Source of the DNA: an uncultured Gammaproteobacteria bacterium
GTDB taxonomy: Bacteria > Pseudomonadota > Gammaproteobacteria > Arenicellales > JAANXG01
Reading direction: 5' to 3'
DNA length: 28,894 nt
Assembly (NCBI GenBank): GCA_947259175.1
Contig: CAMYKW010000038.1
Location: 1-28,894, forward strand
The notes beneath the pieces were generated by a model. That model ran no database searches and had not been told where the DNA came from. It saw nothing but the letters and a program-made list of their open reading frames with translations. Position numbers and translations under genes: made by a program. The number at the start of each line of letters is the position of its first letter. Position 1 is the first letter of the stretch. This document shows, in pieces, positions 1 to 8,245 of this stretch.

Positions 1-2063
1 GAGGGCATGACGATGACCTCGACCTTGGGCATCTCCCTGATCAGCATCGACGGATAACTATCGAAATTCCGCTGCTCGACCGCGCCTTCGTTGATGGTGC
101 ATTCGCCATAGAGCAATGCCGACAGGCCATAGACAAAGGAGCCCTCGACCTGGGCCTCGATCTGCTGCGGGTTGACGGCATAGCCGGGATCGGTCGCCGC
201 GACGATTCGATGGATCGTGAGTTGACCTTGTGTATCGACCGACACTTCTGCGCACGCGGCGACATAACTGGCAAAGGTGTTGACCACCGCCAGACCGCGG
301 TGCACACCGTTGCCGGCGGGCGCGCCCCAGCCGGCTTGTTCCGCCACCGCCTCGAGTACCGCCAGACTCCTGGGATGCTTGGCCATCAACTTGCGCCGGA
401 ATTCCAGCGGGTCCTTGCCGGCCGCGTGCGCCAGTTCATCCACGAAGCATTCGATGTAAATTGCGTTCTGGTTGATGTTTACCCCCCGCCAGAAGCCCGG
501 CGGCACCGGCGGGTTGCGCATCGCATGCTCGACCAGAAGATTCGGCACCGTATAGCTGATGGCGTGGTCGCCGTCGGGCAATAGACCCTGGAAGGTGATC
601 ATGTCGGCGCCGTTCTTCAACCACTGGGGTCTGACCGAGGCCAGGATGGATTGCCCGGAGATACGAACATGCAGCGCGGTGAGATTACCCTCGCCATCCA
701 GTCCCCCGGTCAGTTTGCATTTGGTGATCGGATGGTAGTGGCCGTGGGTCATGTCTTCTTCACGGGTCCACAGCAGTTTCACCGGTGTCCCCGGCAGCTG
801 CCTGGCAATGGCGACGGCCTGCTTCACATAATCATGAAATGCGCCGCGCCGGCCAAAGCCGCCGCCCAGATGGATCTTGTGAACATCACAGTTGCCGATG
901 GGCAGACCGGCCGCTTCGGCCGTGGCCTGAAGTGCGGCTTCGCCGTTTTGCGTCGGGCACCACACCTCGCAACGCTCCTGGGTCCAGCGCGCGGTGGCAT
1001 TCATCGGCTCCATGGTGGCGTGGTTCTGATAGGGATAACGGTAGGTCGCCGCGATCGTTTTTGCAGCCGCCGGTAACGCCTGGCTGACATCACCGTTCCG
1101 GTTGCCGACGAACACCCCCTCTGTCGACGTTAATCCTTCATCGAGCATGTCGTCGATCGTTGCGCTGCTCACCTCGGTGTTCGGCCCCTTGTCCCAGGTG
1201 ATCGGCAGCGCATCCAGCGCCTTTTTCGCCTGCCACCAGGTCTCGGCCACTACGGCGACGGCGTCATCGTCCACCGCGACCACCGCGCGCACACCGGGCA
1301 TGTCGCGCACCTTTTCGGCATCGAAGGCTTTGACGGTGCCGCCGAAAACCGGGCACGCCTTGATGGCGGCATTGAGCATGCCGGGAAGCTGTAGATCCGC
1401 CCCGAAGATCTGCCTGCCGTTGAGCTTGTCGTCGGTGTCCAGGCGTTTGACCGGCTTGCCGATGATCTTCCAGTCTTTGGGGTCCTTGAGCTCGACATGC
1501 TCGGGGGGGAACAACTCGGCGGCCGCCGCGGCGACCTCGCCATAGGTGATCGAGCGCCCGCTGGGCACATGGGTGATCACGCTGTCGGCCACTTGACATT
1601 CCGCCATCGGGACACCCCATTGGTCGGCCGCAGCTTCGATCAACATCTCCCGGGCGACGGCGCCCCCCTTGCGTACGTACTCGTGACTGGTGCGAATCCC
1701 CTGGCTGCCGCCGGTGAGGAAACTGCCCCACACCCGATCGCGCGCGAGATTCTGGCCGGGTGTCGGATACTCGGTGGTGACCATTGACCAGTCACACTCG
1801 AGTTCCTCCGCCACCATTTGCGCCAGACCGGTCAGGGTGCCCTGGCCCATTTCGGATCGCGCGATACGGATGATGACGGTATTGTCGGGTTCAATCACGA
1901 CCCAGGCGTTGACTTCCGAAATTTCAGTCTTTGCCGCGCCGGCGTCCGCCAGTGCGCCGCGGTTGGTGAAGGGCAGATAAAGCCCGAGAGAAAAACCGGC
2001 GCCGAGCGTGGTGCCGCGGATGAGAAATTCACGGCGCGAGACATCGATGCGTTGATTTTTCAT
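1..2063 (-). CDS. Aldehyde oxidase/xanthine dehydrogenase-family molybdopterin-binding large subunit (IorB-like), 5' part only. The C-terminus lies beyond the window start.
   Basis: A manual minus-strand translation from ATG 2063 gives MKNQRIDVSRREFLIRGTTLGAGFSLGL (a TAT-type RRxFL signal). It stays in frame for 687 codons to position 1, with family-typical segments (GGGFGRR, NPAYxEG-like). The six-frame track shows no long ORF here because the gene has no stop inside the window. The ATG overlaps the upstream gene's stop as ATGA at 2060-2063. Confidence 0.85.
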   Translation of the reverse strand, partial: MKNQRIDVSRREFLIRGTTLGAGFSLGLYLPFTNRGALADAGAAKTEISEVNAWVVIEPDNTVIIRIARSEMGQGTLTGLAQMVAEELECDWSMVTTEYPTPGQNLARDRVWGSFLTGGSQGIRTSHEYVRKGGAVAREMLIEAAADQWGVPMAECQVADSVITHVPSGRSITYGEVAAAAAELFPPEHVELKDPKDWKIIGKPVKRLDTDDKLNGRQIFGADLQLPGMLNAAIKACPVFGGTVKAFDAEKVRDMPGVRAVVAVDDDAVAVVAETWWQAKKALDALPITWDKGPNTEVSSATIDDMLDEGLTSTEGVFVGNRNGDVSQALPAAAKTIAATYRYPYQNHATMEPMNATARWTQERCEVWCPTQNGEAALQATAEAAGLPIGNCDVHKIHLGGGFGRRGAFHDYVKQAVAIARQLPGTPVKLLWTREEDMTHGHYHPITKCKLTGGLDGEGNLTALHVRISGQSILASVRPQWLKNGADMITFQGLLPDGDHAISYTVPNLLVEHAMRNPPVPPGFWRGVNINQNAIYIECFVDELAHAAGKDPLEFRRKLMAKHPRSLAVLEAVAEQAGWGAPAGNGVHRGLAVVNTFASYVAACAEVSVDTQGQLTIHRIVAATDPGYAVNPQQIEAQVEGSFVYGLSALLYGECTINEGAVEQRNFDSYPSMLIREMPKVEVIVMP

Positions 2064-2542
2064 CCCGACCCCCCGCGCTTGTTGCGGCCTTTATTGATCC
2101 GGGCAGCCAGGTGAATGCCGCGCCGCACCCGGTTGAACGTCCCGCAGCGGCAGATATTGGTGACGTTCGCATCGATGTCGGCATCGCTGGGATCCAGATG
2201 GGCTGCAAGCAGCGCAGCCGCCGTCATGATCATGCCGGGTTGACAGTAGCCGCACTGCGGCACGTCCAGTTCTTTCCATGCCTGCTGCAGTGGATGACTG
2301 TTATCCGCGGAAAGCCCTTCGATGGTGACGACTTCCGTCGATTCGTCGAGTGCGGAGACCGGCACGATACAAGAGCGCATCGCCTTGCCATTGACATGCA
2401 CCGCGCAGGCGCCGCAGATGCCGACGCCGCAGCTGTACTTGGCGCCGGTCAGGCCCAGCTGCTCGCGGAGCACCCACAGCAGGGGGGTCGCCCCGTCGAC
2501 ATCGACGTCGAATAACTTCCCGTTTATCTTCAGTTTAGCCAT
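2060..2542 (-). CDS. (2Fe-2S)-binding small subunit of an IorAB/aldehyde dehydrogenase-type molybdoenzyme
   Basis: The protein starts MAKLKINGKLFDVDVDG. It carries two 2Fe-2S cysteine clusters (SCGVGICGACAVHVNG and QCGYCQPGMIMTA; NICRCGTF). The track ORF 2060..2629 has a spurious N-terminal extension. The true ATG is at 2542, and the stop overlaps the iorB-like start. Confidence 0.9.
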   Translation of the reverse strand: MAKLKINGKLFDVDVDGATPLLWVLREQLGLTGAKYSCGVGICGACAVHVNGKAMRSCIVPVSALDESTEVVTIEGLSADNSHPLQQAWKELDVPQCGYCQPGMIMTAAALLAAHLDPSDADIDANVTNICRCGTFNRVRRGIHLAARINKGRNKRGGSG

Positions 2543-2815
2543 GTTCGGCCCTCTACAGTGAGTACGGGTCTCGCGACCCACAGAGTAAACATCAGAGCAA
2601 AATGATCGAAACGGCAGATTCCGTTGCATCGTCGACTATACGTCATGTCGTCGGAGTCAGCACCCTTTGGCTGTCAAAGACGAGCGCTCTTTTCCCTCAT
2701 CGATGACAACGAGATACGGGTTTTCACCGGCAATCCTGGACATCTTACGGCGCACGCCCGAGGGGGTGTTAAAACATGTAGACGTCGCCCGAAGATATGC
2801 TTGCCGTAAACCGGC

Positions 2816-2839
2816 GGGTCCGGCATTGATGCCGGACCC
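2816..2839 (-). terminator. Perfect GC-rich hairpin just downstream of the vWA gene stop (GGGTCCGGCA-TTGA-TGCCGGACCC). Candidate operon terminator with a weak U-tract.
   Basis: A 10-bp perfect stem with a 4-nt loop, read directly, sits 19 nt past the stop at 2858. There is no strong T-run on the minus strand. Confidence 0.35.
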
Positions 2840-2857
2840 GCTCAACCTCTTTTGCAC

Positions 2858-4057
2858 TCAGTAGGCCGGAGCGGCGGCGTCATACTCCAAACCTAGTTTG
2901 CTCGCCTGCTCGCGAACCGTGTGGTAGATCTGCGTGTCCAGCGAGTCCTCGGCGCCGCCCAGTTGTTTGACCTGTTTCTCGAGATAGGCGGAACGCCGTT
3001 GCGCGAGTTCTTGGATCTCGCCCTTCAGTTCATTGCGCCGCGCCGCGGTTTCGGTAATGACGGCGTTCTGTTCCGCTTCGGACAAGTCGTGTATCGACGC
3101 GGGCAGGTGGTCGCGGGCGATCCCCGACAGATCAACGCGGCCGCTGGTCACATCCTCCACCAGGTCGCCCTCTCCTGCAAGGTTGACGGCGCCGCTTGGG
3201 GAGACGTTGAACGCCGCCCGGCGCGCCCGCGTGCTTATCGAAGAGGTCGCGTGCAACTTTTCCGTCGCCTCGACCTTGTTGTCGTGTTTGACCTTTGCTT
3301 CCGCTGAACCGTAGTACAAGCGGGTGTCATCGAGCTTGCGGGACAATTCCGAGAGCTTCTCGTCAAACGGGCTGATCAACGCGACCGCACTGCCCGATTG
3401 TTCCACCTGGAAATAGCGACCGGCGCCCAGTTGCGCGACCCGTTTCCAGGTCTGCAAGGTGTGCGCATTGCGGCCGCACTGGATGGTGTTGATCACGATG
3501 CCTCTTTGTTTGGCCACCGCTAATGTCTGCGGGTATTTCACATCGTCCTGATAATCCATGTGCGGTGGGGCGTCACCGACCAGGAATACCACCCGGTAGG
3601 TGTTCGGGTCGTGGCTCCAGGACATCTCGTGGACCCCCTCGTATAAGGCCCGGTTCACGCTCTCCGGCCCGTCCCCGCCGCCGGCGGCGCGAAAGTCCAT
3701 CAGCGTCGCGTACATCGAATCCAGATCACTGGAAAGATCCACGACCCGCGTCACATAAGCATCGCCTCGATCCCGGTAGGCGACCAGGCCCATCTTGATC
3801 TCCGGCGCCGACTGCGCCGACGCCAGGGTGCTGGCGATCGACCAGATCTTCTCCTTGGCCGCCTGGATCAGACCACCCATGCTGCCCGTGGTATCCAGTA
3901 CGAACACCACCTCGATCTTGCCGGCCTGGGTTGCCCCCGGTGGGATGGGCAGCGGATCGACTGTCGCGACGGTGCCGTGGCTTTGGGTCAACGGGTACAT
4001 CACCACCGTCCCGGCAGTGAACACAAATAGGGCCAGTGCGAATAGTTTCGATTTCAT
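2858..4057 (-). CDS. Secreted von Willebrand factor A (vWA) domain protein with a C-terminal coiled-coil/low-complexity region
   Basis: The protein starts MKSKLFALALFVFTAGTVVMYPL (signal peptide). It has the vWA MIDAS motif VVFVLDTTGSMGG and a C-terminal ELKGEIQELAQRRSAYLEKQVKQL coiled coil. The GAGGA RBS sits 11 nt upstream of ATG 4057. The track's 616-aa ORF carries an Arg/Gly-rich extension that is not real. Confidence 0.8.
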   Translation of the reverse strand: MKSKLFALALFVFTAGTVVMYPLTQSHGTVATVDPLPIPPGATQAGKIEVVFVLDTTGSMGGLIQAAKEKIWSIASTLASAQSAPEIKMGLVAYRDRGDAYVTRVVDLSSDLDSMYATLMDFRAAGGGDGPESVNRALYEGVHEMSWSHDPNTYRVVFLVGDAPPHMDYQDDVKYPQTLAVAKQRGIVINTIQCGRNAHTLQTWKRVAQLGAGRYFQVEQSGSAVALISPFDEKLSELSRKLDDTRLYYGSAEAKVKHDNKVEATEKLHATSSISTRARRAAFNVSPSGAVNLAGEGDLVEDVTSGRVDLSGIARDHLPASIHDLSEAEQNAVITETAARRNELKGEIQELAQRRSAYLEKQVKQLGGAEDSLDTQIYHTVREQASKLGLEYDAAAPAY

Positions 4058-4077
4058 CTTTCTATCCTCGTGTTCGA

Positions 4078-4647
4078 TTAACGGATTGAAGAAAATTTGC
4101 GCAACGCCGACTCGGCAGCCTGATGCGCCGCCTCGAAGCGGTCGGCGAAGTCCACGGCCGGCGGCCGACCCCGCGTTGGCCGGCGCCAATGGGAGGGGAT
4201 GGCGACGAAAAGCGCCTGTACCAAAAAGAAACACCAGATTCCCAACCACAGGCTGTGGGTTTGCACCCCCGCCCACACCGCGGCCACCAGGGCCAGACCG
4301 TTGAGACCGAGGTCGGCCAGTGCCGACAAGGCACTGGTGTGAAAGTAGAGCGAGCGCACCAACCACACCATGCCCACGTGTGCCACAACGTAGGCCGGTA
4401 ACGGCGGCGCCAGCCACCACGTTGCCGCGGACAGCATCAGCCATACCGCGACCACGGTGACGCGGCCGACGCGCTCCTGGCTGCGCGCCAATAGATAAAG
4501 GATATAGGCGAAGCCGATGCCGGCGATTACCAGACGATGTACGCTGCCGGCGGCGAATAACATCACCGGCACGGTAAACACCGCGGCGCCGAACACGCTG
4601 GCGACCAACGCCACCACCACGCCCTCGAAAAAGCTGGGCCGTTTCAT
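4078..4647 (-). CDS. Polytopic inner-membrane protein (5-6 predicted TM helices) of unknown family
   Basis: Hydrophobic segments VVVALVASVFGAAVFTVPVMLFAAG, LVIAGIGFAYILYLL, VVAVWLMLSAATWWLA, LVAAVWAGV and IWCFFLVQALFVAI. The start ATG overlaps the PspA-like stop (ATGA at 4644-4647). Confidence 0.7.
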   Translation of the reverse strand: MKRPSFFEGVVVALVASVFGAAVFTVPVMLFAAGSVHRLVIAGIGFAYILYLLARSQERVGRVTVVAVWLMLSAATWWLAPPLPAYVVAHVGMVWLVRSLYFHTSALSALADLGLNGLALVAAVWAGVQTHSLWLGIWCFFLVQALFVAIPSHWRRPTRGRPPAVDFADRFEAAHQAAESALRKFSSIR

Positions 4648-5177
4648 GATCGCCCCCTGTTCTGCTTTTCACGCAGAAAGGCCACTTCCACCTCCTCGTC
4701 CCGCACACTAATGTCCGGCGTCATCCACGTTTCATCATTGTCATGGGTGTCCTCCTCGGTAAACAGCTCGACCTTTTGCCGCATGGCGGCCAGGCGGCCA
4801 CGATTTTCCTGCAGCCGCTTGTTGAGCTCGGCGACCGCGTCCTCAGCCGAGTCGTGCTTCTGAGCGAGGACTTTGCGCAGGCGTTCCACTTCCAGCTTGC
4901 GCTTGATCAGGGCGCGGGCGAGATCTTCCTTGTCCGAGGCAAAGCACACATCCAACTCTTCCCCAATCCTCCGCAGTGAGTCGCCGAGGTCGCCGCGGCG
5001 ACCGGCCAACTGCCGGAGTTCATAGGTCAGCACCTTGACCTGCTGCTCGTCGTGGGCGATGTCGTCCTCCATCTCCCGCACCGCCTGCTTGAGCAGGACT
5101 TCGGGCTCCTCGAGCCGGTCAAGGACCGCGTGAAAGTCGGCACGGAACAATCGGGATACGCGGGTAATCAACGCCAT
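4644..5177 (-). CDS. PspA/IM30 (phage-shock protein A / ESCRT-III-like) family protein, short form
   Basis: MALITRVSRLFRADFHAVLDRLEEPEVLLKQAVREMEDDI aligns with E. coli PspA ([35 protein letters not shown]). DKEDLARALIKRK matches EREDLARAALIEKQK. The GGAGGTG RBS sits 6 nt before ATG 5177. The track start at 5186 is a GTG extension. Confidence 0.8.
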   Translation of the reverse strand: MALITRVSRLFRADFHAVLDRLEEPEVLLKQAVREMEDDIAHDEQQVKVLTYELRQLAGRRGDLGDSLRRIGEELDVCFASDKEDLARALIKRKLEVERLRKVLAQKHDSAEDAVAELNKRLQENRGRLAAMRQKVELFTEEDTHDNDETWMTPDISVRDEEVEVAFLREKQNRGRS

Positions 5178-5332
5178 GGTTTGCACCTCCGTTCATGATT
5201 TAGTGAAACATGCAAACAGTTTAGGAACCGTGCGACGCCGACTGTAGGCCGGGTTTGGTAAACGTTTACGCTCCCGGTTTACAAATAATTTACATGTCAC
5301 TGCGCGCCCAAGCTGCTACGCTTTTCAACACC

Positions 5333-6034
5333 ATGGAACGTAAGATTCGCATTCTCATTGTTGAAGACGAGGCCGCAATTCGCACCGGGCTGACGGATGT
5401 CCTGCTGTACCACGGCTACGAAGTTGACGAGGCCGCGGATGGTCCCGCCGGACTCGAGAAGGCGCTAACGGGCACCTTCGATCTGATCCTGCTGGACATC
5501 ATGCTTCCGGGACTGGACGGTTACGAGATCTGCAACCGGATTCGTTCACAGGACCGCGAGCAGCCGATTATCATGCTCACCGCAAAGACCAGCGACGACG
5601 ACATTATTCAAGGCCTGTCGCTGGGCGCCGACGATTACATCGGTAAGCCTTTTTCGGTGGCGCAGTTGGTGTTGCGCATCCAGGCGGTGCTGCGCCGCGC
5701 CCGGATCGGCGTCGATATTCGCAACCATATCCGGCTCGGCGATGACATCGAGGTGGACACGCGCAATCTATGCGGCCGCCGTGGTGGCGAGCGGTTGTCT
5801 TTCACCCGGCGCGAAGTGGAGGTCCTCCAGTACTTGCGCGCCAACTCGGAGCGGCCCGTGTCCCGTGACGAGTTGCTGAGCAAGGTCTGGGGCTACGCGC
5901 GCAATCTGGGAATTGAAACCCGAACCGTAGACATCCACGTCGCCAAGCTCCGGCGCAAGCTCGAATCTGACCCGGCCGCGCCGCGCCATCTTGTTACCGT
6001 ACGCGGGGCGGGTTATCGCCTGTTGACCGACTGA
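5333..6034 (+). CDS. OmpR/PhoB-family response regulator
   Basis: Receiver domain (ILIVEDE...DLILLDIMLPGLDGY...IMLTAK) plus a winged-helix output domain (LSFTRREVEVLQYL...TVDIHVAKLRRKLE...VRGAGYRL). The stop TGA sits 1 nt before the kinase ATG. Confidence 0.9.
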   Translation: MERKIRILIVEDEAAIRTGLTDVLLYHGYEVDEAADGPAGLEKALTGTFDLILLDIMLPGLDGYEICNRIRSQDREQPIIMLTAKTSDDDIIQGLSLGADDYIGKPFSVAQLVLRIQAVLRRARIGVDIRNHIRLGDDIEVDTRNLCGRRGGERLSFTRREVEVLQYLRANSERPVSRDELLSKVWGYARNLGIETRTVDIHVAKLRRKLESDPAAPRHLVTVRGAGYRLLTD

Positions 6035-6035
6035 T

Positions 6036-8117
6036 ATGTTGCGCGGGTCGATCCACACTTGGGACAAAAGGCGGTTGCGGCTGTGGCTGGCGGTGTTCTT
6101 CGCGGCATTGGCCATCCCCACCGGCGTGCTCGTACGCCAGGCCTACAGCCAACTGAAATGGGAGGCGTTCCAGCGCCATCGGGTGATGGCCGAGGAGCTT
6201 GTCAGCCGCATCGACCGGCGATTGATCGAACTGATCAACACCGAGGAGGGGCGTTCGTTCGCTGACTACGCGTTCTTGATCGCCGCCGGCGATCCCGCCG
6301 CCGGTTTCTTACAACGTTCCCCGCTGTCGGTATATCCGGTGACATCGGATATCCCAGGCCTTTTGGGCTATTTTCAAGTCGACGCGCATGGGGTGTTCAC
6401 CACCCCCCTGTTGCCGCAACCGGGTGCGGCGCCGGCGGCTTACGGCGTTTCGCAACCGGAGCTCGGGCAACGCCAGGCGCTGCAAAAGCGCATCCGGGAA
6501 ATCCTGACCGAGAACCGCCTGGTCCATGCCGACGGCAAGGGTCTCACCGATGTACGGCCCGCGTCATCCTACGCACCGTCGCGCGAGGGCATGCCGGCGG
6601 AGACGCGGGCCGATGACGGGGGGTTGGATGAACCCGCGGCGCTCGCGAAAACATTCATCGCCGAGTCAAAGTCGGAGTCGGCGCAGTCCGCGTTCGACCG
6701 CCTCAACGAAGCCGGTGCACCGGCGGCGACCAAACACAAACTGCCCCGGGCCCTGGGTCGCGTGGAGGACATGAAGCTGGACCCGCGTTACCAGGCCAAG
6801 TCGCGCGACGATGCCCCCGCGGCGCCGGTTCTGAGCGACGCCCCGGCGCCCGGCAAGCGTGTCGTGCGCAAGGAACGTGGCGCGCTGCCGGAGCAGCAAC
6901 GGGTTGGCGCGGAGGAAGTACGCGCGCTGGAAACAGCGGCGGAACCCGAATTCCGCATCAGCATCTTCGAAAGCGAGATCGATGCATTCGCGTTTAGTTT
7001 GCTCGACAGCGGGCATTTTGTGCTGTTTCGCAAGGTGTGGCGTGACGGGCAGCGCTATGTCCAGGGCGCGTTGCTCGAACCCGAGGCCTTTTTCCGCGGT
7101 GTAATAGAGTCGGCATTTCGCGCTACCGCGCTGTCCCGGTCCAGCGACCTGGCGGTCGCCTTCCGCGGCAATGTGTTATCGGCCGTCAGCGGTCAGGTCT
7201 CACGCGAGTACCTGTCGAGTACCGAGGAATTGCGCGGCGCCTTGCTTCACCAGGCGCCTTTGTCCGCGCCGTTAAACGATCTGCAACTGGTGTTCAGCAT
7301 TAACCGGCTGCCCGCCGGGCCGGGAGGCATCGTAATCACCTGGGTCGCATCGATTCTGGCGCTGGTGTTGTGCGGCGGGTTTTATCTGATGTATCGCCTG
7401 GCGCTGGGGCAGATCGATCTCACCCGGCAGCAACAGGACTTTGTTTCCGCCGTCAGTCACGAGCTCAAGACCCCGCTCACCTCCATTCGTATGTACGGTG
7501 AGATCCTGCGCGAAGGCTGGGCCGATGACGAAAAGAAAAAGACCTACTACACCTACATCCATGACGAGAGCGAGCGCTTGTCGCGTTTGATTTCCAATGT
7601 GCTGCAATTGGCGCGCATGACGCGGAACGACCTTGCGGTCGACCTGCAGCGGGTTCCGGTCAGTCAACTGATGGACGGCATGCGTTCGAAGGTTGCATCC
7701 CAGATCGAGCGGGCGGGATTCACCTTGAACCTGGACTGCGATGAGGAGACCGGCCGCCGAGTGCTGTCCCTCGACGCCGACTTCTTTACCCAGATCGTCA
7801 TTAATCTGGTGGACAACGCCATCAAGTTCTCCGCCAAAGCTGACCGCAAGGCCATTGACATATGCTGCCGGCGTCTACGGGATGGCGGCGTGCAGTTCGG
7901 CGTGCGCGACTACGGTCCCGGCGTGCCCGGGGAGCAGATGAAGAAGATCTTCAAACTCTTCTACCGCTCCGGGAACGAGCTAACCCGCGAGACCGTAGGG
8001 ACCGGGATCGGCCTCGCGCTGGTGCACCAGCTCACCCGGGCCATGAACGGCAAGGTCGACGTGGTCAATCGCGATCCGGGGGCCGAATTCCGCGTGTCCT
8101 TTCCCGCCGCGCGTTAA
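6036..8117 (+). CDS. Sensor histidine kinase with a large (~390 aa) extracytoplasmic sensor domain
   Basis: TM1 covers residues ~14-34 and TM2 ~424-446. The H-box is SHELKTPLTSIRMYGEIL, the N-box is LVDNAIKFS, and the G-boxes are RDYGPGVP and GTGIGLALV. Confidence 0.9.
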   Translation: MLRGSIHTWDKRRLRLWLAVFFAALAIPTGVLVRQAYSQLKWEAFQRHRVMAEELVSRIDRRLIELINTEEGRSFADYAFLIAAGDPAAGFLQRSPLSVYPVTSDIPGLLGYFQVDAHGVFTTPLLPQPGAAPAAYGVSQPELGQRQALQKRIREILTENRLVHADGKGLTDVRPASSYAPSREGMPAETRADDGGLDEPAALAKTFIAESKSESAQSAFDRLNEAGAPAATKHKLPRALGRVEDMKLDPRYQAKSRDDAPAAPVLSDAPAPGKRVVRKERGALPEQQRVGAEEVRALETAAEPEFRISIFESEIDAFAFSLLDSGHFVLFRKVWRDGQRYVQGALLEPEAFFRGVIESAFRATALSRSSDLAVAFRGNVLSAVSGQVSREYLSSTEELRGALLHQAPLSAPLNDLQLVFSINRLPAGPGGIVITWVASILALVLCGGFYLMYRLALGQIDLTRQQQDFVSAVSHELKTPLTSIRMYGEILREGWADDEKKKTYYTYIHDESERLSRLISNVLQLARMTRNDLAVDLQRVPVSQLMDGMRSKVASQIERAGFTLNLDCDEETGRRVLSLDADFFTQIVINLVDNAIKFSAKADRKAIDICCRRLRDGGVQFGVRDYGPGVPGEQMKKIFKLFYRSGNELTRETVGTGIGLALVHQLTRAMNGKVDVVNRDPGAEFRVSFPAAR

Positions 8118-8245
8118 ATTATTAAACGCCCGGCTTGCGAGACGATACTCCCCTGTTCCTCCGGGTTCGAGTTGACGCCAGTGTAAGCTGGATCCTCAAA
8201 CCCGCAACGGTAAGGCGGCGCAAATGATCGACGCCGACGAGTGCG

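Noticed and set aside
41-2114. Dozen overlapping 60-170 aa ORFs on both strands suggesting a shattered pseudogene
   Set aside because: A manual minus-strand translation from 2063 is continuous and family-typical to the window edge. The short ORFs are antisense or out-of-frame artefacts of high GC. The real gene simply lacks a stop inside the window.
4058-4708. N-terminal 217-aa Arg/Gly-rich extension of the 616-aa ORF 2858..4708
   Set aside because: It is low-complexity, lies in a different frame but on the same strand as the real membrane-protein gene, and has no RBS. The vWA protein clearly starts at ATG 4057, which has a signal peptide and a GAGGA RBS.
5187-5332. Possible sigma-54 (TGGCAC-N5-TTGCA) promoter upstream of the PspA-like gene, as in E. 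coli pspA
   Set aside because: The closest element is GG...TTTGCA, with 16-nt rather than 11-nt spacing between GG and GC. This does not match the consensus.
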